Counted from the whole stretch's first letter, positions 20,311-30,687 are shown. The stretch: 62,486 nt of DNA, filler included, from Clostridiaceae bacterium (GCA_012839865.1; 7 parts of 6 records of this genome joined end to end with filler, not necessarily neighbours in it), one strand, 5' to 3'. Numbers and translations are program-made. Notes: generated from the sequence alone by a model not told the origin.

Positions 20311-20338
20311 GTATCGGTAATTTAAGGAAAGGAATTTA
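20311..20338 (-). promoter_or_regulatory. Sigma-D (FliA) promoter for flaG-fliD-fliS
   Basis: TAAA-N16-ACCGATAC on the - strand, close to the TAAA-N15/16-GCCGATAT consensus. Confidence 0.75.
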
Positions 20339-20354
20339 GGGGAATTTTTTGGAA

Positions 20355-20387
20355 AAAGCAAAGAGCCAGGGAAAAACTCCCTGGCTC
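20355..20387 (-). terminator. Rho-independent terminator of flagellin
   Basis: Stem GAGCCAGGGA/TCCCTGGCTC followed by TTTGCTTTTT on the - strand. Confidence 0.85.
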
Positions 20388-20544
20388 CTCGTCTTTAGTT
20401 TTGAATAATTATTCATATGCTCTGCGCTTTGAGTTTCGCCACCAGGCACGATTGCAATATTCCCGGTACTACCCTGTTTGCCTGAAAAGCATAAAATACA
20501 AAGGCGCATGATGCTAATACCCGGTACCTCAAGCTGCGCGTAAA

Positions 20545-20847
20545 TTATCTGAGAAGCTGCAGTACCATCTGTGGTGCCTGGTTTGCCTGAGCCAGTATTG
20601 CTGTAGCTGCCTGCTGGAGAATGTTGTTCTTGGTGTACTCCATCATCTCCTGAGCCATGTCTACGTCGCGGATACGTGATTCGGCTGCCTGCAGGTTTTC
20701 AGCAGATGTATCAAGATTCTTGATCGTGTGCTCAAGCCTGTTCTGAACAGCACCGAGTTTGGATCTTTCTGCCGATACAGTTTCAATTGCGGACTGAATA
20801 ACTGATATTGCACTGTTTGCACTGGCTTGTGTTGATACATCAATGCC
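20545..20847 (-). CDS. fliC: Flagellin, C-terminal 100 aa (5' part lost at contig end)
   Basis: Not in the ORF track. Reads RSKLGAVQNRLEHTIKNL...AESRIRDVDMAQEMM...AQANQAPQMVLQLLR*. Confidence 0.97.
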   Translation of the reverse strand, partial: GIDVSTQASANSAISVIQSAIETVSAERSKLGAVQNRLEHTIKNLDTSAENLQAAESRIRDVDMAQEMMEYTKNNILQQAATAILAQANQAPQMVLQLLR

Positions 20848-20848
20848 G

Positions 20849-20948
20849 NNNNNNNNNNNNNNNNNNNNNNNNNNNNNNNNNNNNNNNNNNNNTTAATTAA
20901 TTAANNNNNNNNNNNNNNNNNNNNNNNNNNNNNNNNNNNNNNNNNNNN
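20849..20948. other. Artificial contig linker
   Basis: N44-TTAATTAATTAA-N44. Confidence 0.98.
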
Positions 20949-21075
20949 ATAGTTATCTGGTATGGTATAATGAGAAGCGAATCAAGATGTCTCTTGGGGC
21001 GATGAGTCCTATGGACTATAGACGTAGTAAAGGTTTAGTGGCATGAAAAAGTCCAGAAAAATGTCCGCACCTCCA
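20949..21075 (+). mobile_element. IS3-family element, right end (transposase C-terminus plus terminal repeat)
   Basis: Frame SYLVWYNEKRIKMSLGAMSPMDYRRSKGLVA* (stop 21044-21046) followed by GTCCAGAAAAATGTCCGCACCTCCA ending in CA. Confidence 0.85.
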
Positions 21076-21111
21076 TTCGGTCAAAAATATCCCGGCGTTG
21101 ACACTGCTTGG

Positions 21112-21143
21112 GCAGTACCGCAAAAAATGCTGTGCGGTACTGC
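21112..21143. terminator. Hairpin directly after the MerR stop
   Basis: 11-bp perfect stem GCAGTACCGCA/TGCGGTACTGC. Confidence 0.65.
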
Positions 21144-21146
21144 TTT

Positions 21147-21914
21147 TTAAGCTTTTTTAATACCAGTGTAAATATAGACAGCTTCCCTTAAAAATGCTGC
21201 CAGTCCAGGCTGATGCTGATCATAGTATTTAGTAAATCTTTCATCATTTACATACAAATCAGTGACTCCTGCATGGGCTTCCCTGTTGTAATTCCCCCAT
21301 GCAAAGGTAAGCCACCTGCGGTGCAAATCCGCTGCTTTTTGAGCAAGTTCCCCTGCCGGATCGTTTGTTTTAATGGCTTCCTTCAGGGTACTGATAATGT
21401 CCTCCCCAAGCTTGGTAAACTCATTGTACTGCTCTTCAGTCATGTTCATAAATGCCTTGTTGGACCGCTCAACAGCTTCATCACCATACTTCTCTCTTAC
21501 TTCTTTTCCATACTTGCTTTCGTTCTCTTCAATAAGCTTTTGTTTAAAACCTTCAAATTTTTCCCTGTTACTCATAGTTATTCTCCCTTCTTTAGCTGCT
21601 ATTGTTTTTTCAACATTCAAAATAAGTTTTTCTATTTGATTCTTTTTGGCAATGAGCTTTTCCCGGTGCTCACACAATGCAGACAAGCTGTTGAAGGATG
21701 GTGAATCCATTATTTTTTTAATATCTTCAAGGCTTAAGCCCAGCTCACGGTAAAAAAGTATATGCTGCAGCCTGTCAATTTCCTTCTGCCCATATATCCG
21801 ATAACCGGAGGAATTGATTCTTGCCGGCTTCAACATCCCGATTTCATCATAATATCTCAGTGTCCTTGTGCTGATTCCTGCCAATTTTCCAAGCTTCTGC
21901 ACCGTGTACTCCAA
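21147..21914 (-). CDS. MerR-family regulator with TipAS antibiotic-recognition domain (TipA/Mta-like)
   Basis: YTVQKLGKLAGISTRTLRYYDEIG HTH and C-terminal YVNDERFTKYYD. TTG start near 21914 is inferred. Confidence 0.92.
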   Translation of the reverse strand: MEYTVQKLGKLAGISTRTLRYYDEIGMLKPARINSSGYRIYGQKEIDRLQHILFYRELGLSLEDIKKIMDSPSFNSLSALCEHREKLIAKKNQIEKLILNVEKTIAAKEGRITMSNREKFEGFKQKLIEENESKYGKEVREKYGDEAVERSNKAFMNMTEEQYNEFTKLGEDIISTLKEAIKTNDPAGELAQKAADLHRRWLTFAWGNYNREAHAGVTDLYVNDERFTKYYDQHQPGLAAFLREAVYIYTGIKKA

Positions 21915-22190
21915 CAAAATGTACCTGGAATTAAGATTTCTTTTCAAAACTTGTGGCCGGTCGCACGACAGTGCACTCATCACATGTAATTTGTTTGGAA
22001 TTTTAATACGTTCATCTATGGCAATTTATCAGAATAGCTTGAAAATAAAAACTGCGCATGCAACATATTTTGCCTGAACATCTCGTTCTGCAGTATATAT
22101 TGCATGCGCTGTAAATCCGCCTTGCTGCCGGATGATATATGCATTATGCATATTCACGCACTAACGTCCGGCAATAGTCATATAACTTTT

Positions 22191-23477
22191 TTATACCCAA
22201 CCCCTCATCTTTACAGCCTGGGCAACACGGTTGATTGCAATAATGTAAGCAGCTTCCCTCATAAATACATTCTGGTTTACTGAAAGGTCATATACAGCCT
22301 TGAATGCAGAAGTCATTTTTGAATCAAGTTTATGCATGACTTCATCCTTATCCCAGTAATAATTCATATTTGATTGAACCTGCTCAAAATAACTGCAAGT
22401 AACTCCCCCTGCATTCGAAAGAAAATCAGGTATAACAAATATATTCCGCTCATTGATGACTTTATCGGCATCAGGGGTTGTTGGACCGTTTGCAGCTTCA
22501 GCTATGACTTTTACACTTTTGCTGATTCTGTTTACAGTTTTGCTGTTTATCTGGTTTTCCAGCGCAGCAGGTAAAAGTATGTCAACATCCTGTGCAATCC
22601 AGTCATCTCCGGAGAGTAATTCATAACCGGCTTCTATTGCCTTGTTCTTGTTTACAGTTCCAAAGGAATCGGTTATACTTCTCAGGAAATTAATATCCAC
22701 ACCGTTATTGCAGCGGTAAGTGTAAGAACATTTATCGTTATTGTCCCAGCAGGAAATTGCTATTACCCTGCCACCCATCTGGGTGTACTTTAAAGCCGCA
22801 TGCTGGCCGACATTACCGAAGCCCTGAATGCTTGCTGTTGTTTCTTCAATCTTGATCCCGAGCTCTTTCAAAGCTTCACGCAGCACGAATATTACACCAA
22901 ATCCAGTAGCCTCGGTTCTTCCAAGGGATCCGCCCATACCAACAGGTTTACCGGTAATGAATCCGGGATATCTGCCACCATATATTGCTTCGTACTCATC
23001 CAGCATCCATAACATATGCTTGGCACTAGTCATTACATCCGGCGCAGGGACATCAAGGTTTGGACCCATAACCCTTGCAAGCTGGCGCACCCATCCACGG
23101 CACAGCCTTTCCTGTTCGCGGTCGGACATGGTGCGTGGGTCGCAGACAATGCCTCCCTTTCCTCCGCCAAGAGGGATATCAACTACCGAGCATTTCCATG
23201 TCATCCACATTGACAACGCCCGTACCGTATCTGCTGTCTCCAAAGGATGAAAACGAATTCCGCCCTTGGCAGGCCCCCTGGCGTCATTATGCTGTATGCG
23301 GTATCCTCTGAAAACCTTTGTTGTTCCATCGTCCATCTTTACGGGTATTGATATATGATACTCACGAATAGGTTGACGCAATAATTCTCTGGTTGATTCG
23401 TCCAGGCCGATCTTTAAAGCTACCTGATCGAACTGGGCTTGTGCAACTTCAAATGCATTATATGTTTCTTTACTCAT
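22191..23477 (-). CDS. gdh: Glutamate dehydrogenase (Glu/Leu/Phe/Val family)
   Basis: GPAKGGIRFHP, GGGKGG, DVPAPD, QGFGNVG, EAANGP, NAGGV. Confidence 0.96.
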   Translation of the reverse strand: MSKETYNAFEVAQAQFDQVALKIGLDESTRELLRQPIREYHISIPVKMDDGTTKVFRGYRIQHNDARGPAKGGIRFHPLETADTVRALSMWMTWKCSVVDIPLGGGKGGIVCDPRTMSDREQERLCRGWVRQLARVMGPNLDVPAPDVMTSAKHMLWMLDEYEAIYGGRYPGFITGKPVGMGGSLGRTEATGFGVIFVLREALKELGIKIEETTASIQGFGNVGQHAALKYTQMGGRVIAISCWDNNDKCSYTYRCNNGVDINFLRSITDSFGTVNKNKAIEAGYELLSGDDWIAQDVDILLPAALENQINSKTVNRISKSVKVIAEAANGPTTPDADKVINERNIFVIPDFLSNAGGVTCSYFEQVQSNMNYYWDKDEVMHKLDSKMTSAFKAVYDLSVNQNVFMREAAYIIAINRVAQAVKMRGWV

Positions 23478-23531
23478 TATTGTACCCCCTGTTTTTATAA
23501 TAAAAATCTTTATGTTAAATTACTTAGTAGC

Positions 23532-25259
23532 CTAAACCTTCACACTCTTCCACTTGCCCGAGTTAAACCTTAAAAGTACCAGCAAGGACCTTAACAGCTG
23601 ATCTGCAATTACGGCAATCCAGGCACCGATTAATCCCCAATTCAGAGCATGAATTCCTAAAATTGCAAGACCCGGTCGTACCAATAAGACAGTTATAAAT
23701 GTAATAATGGCAACCGACCTGGTATCTCCAGCACCTCTTAACACACCGGCCAGTATGAACTGGGATGACTGGAAGGGCTGGATAAATGCTACAAGCATAA
23801 GTATTTTTGCTCCCTGGAATATGATTTGGGGCTCATCACTATAAAGTGAAACAATTTGCTTCCCAAAGAAGAAGAAAATCAGCGCCAAAACCAATGATAC
23901 ACACATTCCAAGACGCCTTGTACGGCTGCTGTATGCCTGTGCCATGTCCGGCCTCTTCTTTCCAAGACTCTGTCCCACCAAAGAAGTGCCAGATATTCCG
24001 AAAGCATTGCCGGTCATAAAGGTTAATGCCTGAATATTCATGCAAATCTGGTGAATGGCAAAGTCCACTGTACCGAGGGATGCAACAGTTTTAGAAAATA
24101 TAATAATACCTGTTCTCATAACTGTCTGCTCCACCATTGCCGGAAAACCAATCTTAAAAATCCTGCCTATGGATTCCCACTGCGGTTTGAAGCCCTTGTT
24201 CAACTCCAGTTTCAGATAGTGTTTTCCTCTCAGTAAAACAATCAGAGCAACTACAAACGCTGCACATTGGCCAATAACAGTAGCAAGAGACGCTCCGGCC
24301 AGTTCCATCCTTGGGAAACCAAAATGTCCATGTATCAATAAATAGTTGAAAATCACATTAATTATATTAGCCATCAAGTTATACAGCATGGCAATCCGTG
24401 TGTTGCCAACCCCACGCAAGGTGGCGGTAAATGTGCTGGTTAACGCCAGAACTATAAATCCGGCCATCTGAATCTTAAGATAAACGGTTCCACCAGCCAG
24501 GGTCTGGGCATCCGCCGCTCCCATAAAACGAACCATGGATTCTGACAGGAAGAAGCCGACCACCGATGATATGATTGAAAGAACGAATGTCAGAAGCAGT
24601 GCCTGTCTTAGCGCCATATTAGCTTTTTCAGGTTTGCCCTCGCCTTTATGTCTTGCAACCAAAGCTGTTGCACCTACATTCATGGCCATAAAAGCAATCA
24701 TCATAAGAAACTTGGGTTGAATGGTGAGACCTACCGACGTAATAGCCCATGGTCCCAATCCTCCAACCATCATCAAATCCACCATGGATGCCAGCTGGGT
24801 CAGCGTCAGCTCCATTAATGAAGGCCATGCAATTCTGACTACATCTTTATAAAGCATTCTGGAAGTCACTTCAGGGGGCAGGTGCTTGCTTACCCGTTCC
24901 TGTTTTCCATAACTGTTCTCATCATCATCACCCGGTTCAACCAGATCCAGAGCCAATTGTAATTCCTTGCCTTTTCTTTTCTCCACAGGCTTTTCAGGGT
25001 ATTGTTCAACAGGTTCTGAAACAGACTTTTCGACAGTTTGGTCTACGGCTTGCTCTTTGGATTTTTCAGCCTGTTCTTCCACCGGCTGATTGGCGGTCTG
25101 CTGGGCTAACCCTGTGTCAGGCTTTTCAGTAACCTGCTCCGGGACATTTGCAAAGGGTTCCTCAACAGAGTTTTTAACTGGAATTTCAGATGTTTGACCC
25201 ACCTTTTTTGTCATCTCCATTGATTTTATTTTACCAGTTACTGTAACCATTCGCAGCAA
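23532..25259 (-). CDS. MATE-family efflux transporter with long low-complexity N-terminal extension
   Basis: 12-TM MATE pattern (LRGVGNTRIAM, LRGAGDTRSV). About 120 hydrophilic residues precede TM1. Start uncertain. Confidence 0.92.
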   Translation of the reverse strand: MLRMVTVTGKIKSMEMTKKVGQTSEIPVKNSVEEPFANVPEQVTEKPDTGLAQQTANQPVEEQAEKSKEQAVDQTVEKSVSEPVEQYPEKPVEKRKGKELQLALDLVEPGDDDENSYGKQERVSKHLPPEVTSRMLYKDVVRIAWPSLMELTLTQLASMVDLMMVGGLGPWAITSVGLTIQPKFLMMIAFMAMNVGATALVARHKGEGKPEKANMALRQALLLTFVLSIISSVVGFFLSESMVRFMGAADAQTLAGGTVYLKIQMAGFIVLALTSTFTATLRGVGNTRIAMLYNLMANIINVIFNYLLIHGHFGFPRMELAGASLATVIGQCAAFVVALIVLLRGKHYLKLELNKGFKPQWESIGRIFKIGFPAMVEQTVMRTGIIIFSKTVASLGTVDFAIHQICMNIQALTFMTGNAFGISGTSLVGQSLGKKRPDMAQAYSSRTRRLGMCVSLVLALIFFFFGKQIVSLYSDEPQIIFQGAKILMLVAFIQPFQSSQFILAGVLRGAGDTRSVAIITFITVLLVRPGLAILGIHALNWGLIGAWIAVIADQLLRSLLVLLRFNSGKWKSVKV

Positions 25260-25578
25260 CTTGCTTCTACAAAAGTATACAATACCAGAGATTTATTTTT
25301 TATATACTTTCGGTATCATATCACAAGCCTTCGGGAAAGTCCATATACAAAATCTACTTCACCGGCTTGTTATAAAGCCACGTTGCCGCAATTTCCGCCG
25401 CATCCTGTTCTTTTTTTACCATATCCATTTATCAATCCCTGCAAAGCAGGTGTTTCTGAAAGCTCCAAAAAAAGTGAATCAGCTTACATTTTTATTTTAG
25501 CAGCAAGCTGCAATCGGTTCTTTGCATATTCTATTCATTGATTGATGAAAACCGTGATTATTAAGGTCGTAATAATAA

Positions 25579-25620
25579 AATTACCAAAGCAAAGGCATCG
25601 CTACGGTTGCTTTGGTAATT
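25579..25620 (-). terminator. Long hairpin terminator
   Basis: 14-bp perfect stem AATTACCAAAGCAA/TTGCTTTGGTAATT downstream of the fragment ending at 25701. Confidence 0.7.
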
Positions 25621-25700
25621 AATGAAATTTCACAGACTTGATATTATTATTTTTACTTGCCAAATAAGCCTTATAAGATCAACTTCTTCCAAATTTCAAA

Positions 25701-25829
25701 TCAGCCATGTTTAAAGAAGTGCCATGTTCCGATATTGGCAGGATCTCCTTTGTCATCGGGCAGAAGATCCTTGTAGTTTTCACATACCTTACGGTATGCA
25801 TACGCATATTCTTCAATAACTTCAGGAAC
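25701..25829 (-). CDS. C-terminal fragment of a protein cut by the contig end, possibly a DegT/DnrJ aminotransferase
   Basis: Reads VPEVIEEYAYAYRKVCENYKDLLPDDKGDPANIGTWHFFKHG*. Family call rests on recall of similar C-termini. Confidence 0.45.
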   Translation of the reverse strand, partial: VPEVIEEYAYAYRKVCENYKDLLPDDKGDPANIGTWHFFKHG

Positions 25830-25830
25830 A

Positions 25831-25930
25831 NNNNNNNNNNNNNNNNNNNNNNNNNNNNNNNNNNNNNNNNNNNNTTAATTAATTAANNNNNNNNNNNNNN
25901 NNNNNNNNNNNNNNNNNNNNNNNNNNNNNN
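25831..25930. other. Artificial contig linker
   Basis: N44-TTAATTAATTAA-N44. Confidence 0.98.
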
Positions 25931-26351
25931 TTTTCAACTCATTCAATACTTTTACAATATCTCCGTCATGTATAATTTCATCGTTTGGGTTTTTGCTTGT
26001 CCGAACCGGAGCATCATCCAGAAATATAACCAATCCGGACCCTTTTACGTCGGTTAGTCCGGAAATCAGCCTTAGGACTTCAAGCTCGGCAGATATGGTG
26101 TCATCTCTTTTTCGGGTCAGGAATTCTTTTTCAATCTGCCCCAGCATTTTTATATTTTCAACTTCCTTTTTTCTAAGCTCCTCACCTTTCTTTATCTCCT
26201 CTGCAAGACTGACCTTGAGCTGCTCGTAATCAAAAGCCAGTGAGCTTTTATGTCCGGTTGCGGGAATTGCGCTTCTAAACTGAAGGGAGACCATAACTCC
26301 TAATATTATGAAAGCAAAAAAAAGCAAAAATCTTGTATCTTTTTTTACCAT
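25931..26351 (-). CDS. DUF881-family protein (3' end cut by contig edge)
   Basis: TM helix, coiled coil, GLTDVKGSGLVIFLDD...IIHDGDIVKVLNELK. ATG 26351 follows a GGGAG RBS. Confidence 0.85.
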
Positions 26352-26514
26352 ATTTGTTTTCTCCCAATCATCGAATATTTCAAAACCGGCAACTATCATG
26401 TGTCATGGTAGATTCATAATATGAGTAATCCACTGCTTTGTTATTTTTATTTTACTTTATTGCACATGTACATTCAAGTGTAAGAAGTTTCACATATGTA
26501 AAAGCAGGTTGTTT

Positions 26515-28995
26515 TCACTCCCTGCTTATTTCACGAATTTTATCGGCATAGAAATTTGTAAGCTCCTCTGCAAACTCTGCGGAAAAACCTTCGCTTATAA
26601 CCTGGCAAACGGGTTTTTCTGCATCAGGAAGCACTAATACCCATCCCTTGTCCTTAATTATTTTTACTCCCTCCAAAGTTTCCATCTCTTCACCCTTGTT
26701 TTCCTGCATAATCCTTCTGATTACTTTACCCTTTGCATTCCACGGGCACTCAACTTCCTTTTTCTTTATATGAAAATCAGGTATCAAATCAACAAGCTCT
26801 GAAAACCTTTGGTTATTGCTGACCATGTAATCAAGAATCCGCACCAATCCTGCCATTGCATCAAAACTCATTGTAAACTGGTCCAGCAGCTCCTCACTGG
26901 CATTTTTTCCTAAAAGATCCGCCATAATATCCTGATGGGATGTTTTTGTCCTGCGAATTTTGCCACCATTATCATTTGCAAGTTTTTCCATAACATGACT
27001 TGCTGATATCGGAACAACCACTGTCCTTCCTTTCATTGTCCTGAATAAAATAATGGATACCAAAGCCATGAACATATCTTCAGTAACTATTCTGCCTGTG
27101 TTGTCAACAAGCACCAGTTTTTCCGCATTGTCTTCCACAGAAACTCCAAGGTCTGATTTTTCTTTAACAACATGTCTTACAAAGGCATTGACCCCCTCTG
27201 AAGCCTGGTCCATTGTCAAAAAGCCGGCATCATCATGGTTTATACTGCCTGTTTCCACATTGCATCCCAGCTCTGACAAGAGCTTTATCATCAATTCGGC
27301 AACAAATTTGGAGCGGGAGTTGAGGGAAATCTTCAGGGACAGTTTATTTGATTTTATGCTGTTGATAATATTTCTCAGATAAAAATCCGTATATCCTGAA
27401 ACCGTCTGAATTTCCTTGATACATTCACCTTCACACCTGGTGAAATCCTCCCTTACAAAAAGATTTTCAATTTTACGCTCTGCGTCTCTTCTAATATTGC
27501 AGCCTTTGCTGTCAAGAAAATCCACTGTTAATCTGTTCACTATGCCTGTTATGGTACTGATATGAATTCCGCCATCCACATTGTAAAACCTTATGGCTGA
27601 ACGTGTTACAGGCAAAAGCATTTTTCCGAAGTCCACCACCTCAACACCTGTTGACAAAAGACCGGACGTAAAAGACAGCTTGAGCATTCTTGCCGCCAGG
27701 GTTCCGTCATAGCTGATTCCGATTTTCCCCTTTCCCCCAAGGGAAGCTCCGTATGCCGCCCCTAATTTGGAAGCATATTCAGGCGTAATATCCACATTTA
27801 TTACTCCTGCCACACCCCTGTGTCCGAATATAGAACGGGTGAATTTCGCTCCCCATACCAGGTTGGAATTCACTTCCGCCCCCTCATCAATAATTTTGTC
27901 GGGCCATATCTTGATACCGGGCTTTATCACAGCATTTTCCCTGACAATGGTGTCATCACCAATAACTGAATATTCGAAGGCTGATGTATTATCCTTTAGA
28001 TGGACTTTGTTTAAAATAATGCTTCCCCGGATCTGCACATTATTGTTCAGTATGCAGTTTTTCCATATGATGCTTCTTTTGATGCCTGTCCTTTCATTTA
28101 TAATGTTACAATCCCCGATGACCGTATAGCTTTCTATGGTTACATTCTTCTTAACAACTGTATTTCTGCCTATCAGGCATGGCTCTTTTAATATGGCGGA
28201 TTCGTCTATCCGGGAGGTTTCATCCACCCATATTCCCTTTTTTATCTCTTTTCCCGGTATGCTTACTTTAACATTCCCATCCAAGATATCTTTGTGAACT
28301 TGCACATAAGCCCGCAAATCACCTACATCGCACCAGTAGTCATCTGAAACATATCCATACATCGGTTTGTTTTCTTTCATAAGAAGAGGGAACAAATCTT
28401 TGGAAAAATCAAACATTTCACCCTTTTTAATATATCCCAGTACTTCAGGTGAAAGAATATATATTCCTGTATTGACAGTGTCGCTGAACACCTCGCCCCA
28501 ATTGGGCTTTTCCAAAAACCTGGTTATTCTTCCTTCACTGTCGGTGACAACCACCCCGTATTCCAGCGGTATGTCAACCTTTTTTAAAACAAGAGTTGCA
28601 ATAGCGCCTTTTTCATGGTGAAATTTTATCGCCTTTGTAAGATCTATATCTGTCAGGGCATCACCGCTTATGACCAGAAAAGTATCGTCCAGAAACTCCT
28701 CGGCGTTTTTTACGCTTCCCGCAGTTCCAAGAGGTGTTTTCTCGACATAATATCGTATGTTTACACCATGGTCATTTCCATTGTTAAAATAATCTTTTAT
28801 CAGTTCCGGCATATACTGAAGTGTCACTGCAATATCCTTAAGATCATGCCTTTTCAAAAGTTCTACAATATGTTCCATTACAGGTTTGTTAACAATCGGA
28901 ACCATCGGTTTCGGCCTGTTGCATGTTAGTGGGCGCAGTCTTGTACCCTCACCACCCGCCATTATCACAGTCTTCACCTTAAAATCAACTCCCAT
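26515..28995 (-). CDS. Sugar-phosphate nucleotidyltransferase (mannose-1-P guanylyltransferase-like) fused to a phosphohexomutase-like domain
   Basis: [13 protein letters not shown]...KPM, left-handed beta-helix repeats, then FGHRGVAG phosphomutase domain. GTG 28977 is a likely alternative start. Confidence 0.92.
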   Translation of the reverse strand: MGVDFKVKTVIMAGGEGTRLRPLTCNRPKPMVPIVNKPVMEHIVELLKRHDLKDIAVTLQYMPELIKDYFNNGNDHGVNIRYYVEKTPLGTAGSVKNAEEFLDDTFLVISGDALTDIDLTKAIKFHHEKGAIATLVLKKVDIPLEYGVVVTDSEGRITRFLEKPNWGEVFSDTVNTGIYILSPEVLGYIKKGEMFDFSKDLFPLLMKENKPMYGYVSDDYWCDVGDLRAYVQVHKDILDGNVKVSIPGKEIKKGIWVDETSRIDESAILKEPCLIGRNTVVKKNVTIESYTVIGDCNIINERTGIKRSIIWKNCILNNNVQIRGSIILNKVHLKDNTSAFEYSVIGDDTIVRENAVIKPGIKIWPDKIIDEGAEVNSNLVWGAKFTRSIFGHRGVAGVINVDITPEYASKLGAAYGASLGGKGKIGISYDGTLAARMLKLSFTSGLLSTGVEVVDFGKMLLPVTRSAIRFYNVDGGIHISTITGIVNRLTVDFLDSKGCNIRRDAERKIENLFVREDFTRCEGECIKEIQTVSGYTDFYLRNIINSIKSNKLSLKISLNSRSKFVAELMIKLLSELGCNVETGSINHDDAGFLTMDQASEGVNAFVRHVVKEKSDLGVSVEDNAEKLVLVDNTGRIVTEDMFMALVSIILFRTMKGRTVVVPISASHVMEKLANDNGGKIRRTKTSHQDIMADLLGKNASEELLDQFTMSFDAMAGLVRILDYMVSNNQRFSELVDLIPDFHIKKKEVECPWNAKGKVIRRIMQENKGEEMETLEGVKIIKDKGWVLVLPDAEKPVCQVISEGFSAEFAEELTNFYADKIREISRE

Positions 28996-29263
28996 TTCTT
29001 TTTTTGTTCAACCAGCACCGCAACACGAATCAAGTGAAATGAAACTAAACATTCACATTCAAAACACAATCTTTAATCAAGTTCTGAAGCAAAACAAGAA
29101 TTTTTTTAGGTTGCGGTACTGGAATTAGTATTTTCAATTAAAGCGTTTTCTAGTACTCAAACTCTGAAAATGGGAGTTATAAAGTGTTAAATGAAAAGAT
29201 AATTTTGACAGCATTTTTTTGAGTCTTCAGTGGAATGATAAAAATTGCTGAAAGGAGAGGATA

Positions 29264-29596
29264 TTGTTGCAAAAAATCAGCAAAAATCTCAATAAATATG
29301 TTTCAAAGGGTGTTACCATAAGTCCTGTAGTCCCCTCATCGGGCGAAAAAGTCACTGTCAATTACGACGGACTTCTTTCAAAATGTGGAGCCAGTGACAT
29401 ACTTGTCCGGGTTGGCCTTGGTGACAATTGGGAGCATCAATATGATTACAGGATGAAAAAGACCGAAACAGGCCATCAAGCTAATATTCCTCTGCCGGTA
29501 ACACAGCACAAGACCATCAATATGTGTTTTAAGGATTCAGCAAACAACTGGGATAACAACAGCGGGTCAAACTATGTATTCGAAATAACCCAGTAA
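29264..29596 (+). CDS. Stand-alone starch/glycogen-binding module (CBM25/CBM53-like)
   Basis: GEKVTVNYDGLL...INMCFKDSANNWDNNSGSNY. Strong RBS, no signal peptide. Confidence 0.85.
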   Translation: MLQKISKNLNKYVSKGVTISPVVPSSGEKVTVNYDGLLSKCGASDILVRVGLGDNWEHQYDYRMKKTETGHQANIPLPVTQHKTINMCFKDSANNWDNNSGSNYVFEITQ

Positions 29597-29772
29597 CTCA
29601 ACCTTCAGTGGGGCTGTCCGGCAAGGCAGCCTCTTTTACTCTTCAAATTTGATCTCATATGAACAAAATGCTTGCAAAACAGGGCTATTTGCAAAGCAAA
29701 TCTGGGCAATTTTGCATATAAAAATTTCTCTTGATTTCAAAAATACATTGTGTTAGAATATATAAGCAACTT

Positions 29773-29859
29773 GCCGAAGTGGTGAAATTGGCAGACGCAC
29801 TGGACTCAAAATCCAGCGTACGCGAGTACATGTCGGTTCGAGTCCGACCTTCGGCACCA
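29773..29859 (+). tRNA. tRNA-Leu (anticodon CAA)
   Basis: Acceptor GCCGAAG/CTTCGGC-ACCA, D-loop TTGGCAGAC, anticodon arm CTGGA-CTCAAAA-TCCAG, long variable arm, GGTTCGAGTCC T-arm. Confidence 0.98.
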
Positions 29860-29870
29860 GACTTCTTAAG

Positions 29871-29904
29871 AACCCTGTAACATATAAAGTTACAGGGTTT
29901 TTTT
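29871..29904 (+). terminator. Rho-independent terminator after tRNA-Leu
   Basis: Stem AACCCTGTAAC/GTTACAGGGTT followed by a T-run. Confidence 0.9.
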
Positions 29905-30030
29905 CATGTGCAAAAGCCGTATTTTTTGCCAATGTTCTGACAACAGAAAGGTATTTGCAGGCAGGATATGGGATGAGAGCCACTCCTGCCTGCAAAATAC
30001 CTGGTTATGAAATGCACTGATTTAATAACT

Positions 30031-30585
30031 CTACGGTGTTATTACAAGCTGAGGCTGGTTGCCTGAAGCTTCCCGGCTGTTTATGAAAGTCCTGTTCCCG
30101 GTTGTATAAGGACCTTCATTTATCAACTCGAAAGAAACCAATTTATCGCTCATATGATTGTTCACATAATTTGTAACATCAATTTCATACCACTGACCTC
30201 CCGTGGCACTTATATTTATACTGCCGATAAAGGTGGTGGGTGCAGGAGCGTTATTCCATTTTATTGTGCTTTCGCTCCAGTTTTCTGTTGCATTTCCGTA
30301 CAGATTAAATGTACTTGCATCTCCCTCCGTTGAGCTTACATAAAACCTCAATTTGGCTTGCTGTATGGTGCTTCCGGATATACTGCTGAAGTTGAACTTC
30401 AGATAACTCTTTCTTACATATGATTGGTTGGTGTCCTGTTTTACTTCCAGGCTTGTGTCGGATCCATAGTTATTTTCAGCAAATGAGCCGCCTCTGACAA
30501 AAGCATCGGCAGTAGGATTAAAGGTTACAGGCTGCAATGATCCGGGTGTTACAACATGGTTGTCCACCTTAAAGTCATTAGGGTT
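30031..30585 (-). CDS. C-terminal DNRLRE/CBM96-like domain of a larger protein (5' part lost at contig end)
   Basis: PTADAFVRGGSFAENNYGSDTSLEVK...RKSYLKFNFS...SREASGNQPQLVI. The frame stays open up to the gap. Confidence 0.8.
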   Translation of the reverse strand, partial: NPNDFKVDNHVVTPGSLQPVTFNPTADAFVRGGSFAENNYGSDTSLEVKQDTNQSYVRKSYLKFNFSSISGSTIQQAKLRFYVSSTEGDASTFNLYGNATENWSESTIKWNNAPAPTTFIGSINISATGGQWYEIDVTNYVNNHMSDKLVSFELINEGPYTTGNRTFINSREASGNQPQLVITP

Positions 30586-30587
30586 GG

Positions 30588-30687
30588 NNNNNNNNNNNNN
30601 NNNNNNNNNNNNNNNNNNNNNNNNNNNNNNNTTAATTAATTAANNNNNNNNNNNNNNNNNNNNNNNNNNNNNNNNNNNNNNNNNNNN
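30588..30687. other. Artificial contig linker
   Basis: N44-TTAATTAATTAA-N44. Confidence 0.98.

Noticed and set aside
20462..20476. T-box-like sequence CAGGGTAGTACCGGG downstream of flagellin
   Set aside because: Two mismatches to the T-box bulge consensus, no stem I or specifier loop, and an implausible context. Kept only as part of the unknown RNA candidate.
29773..29904. tRNA-Leu as a possible island integration site
   Set aside because: It is followed directly by its terminator. No integrase or duplicated 3' end is seen on that contig.
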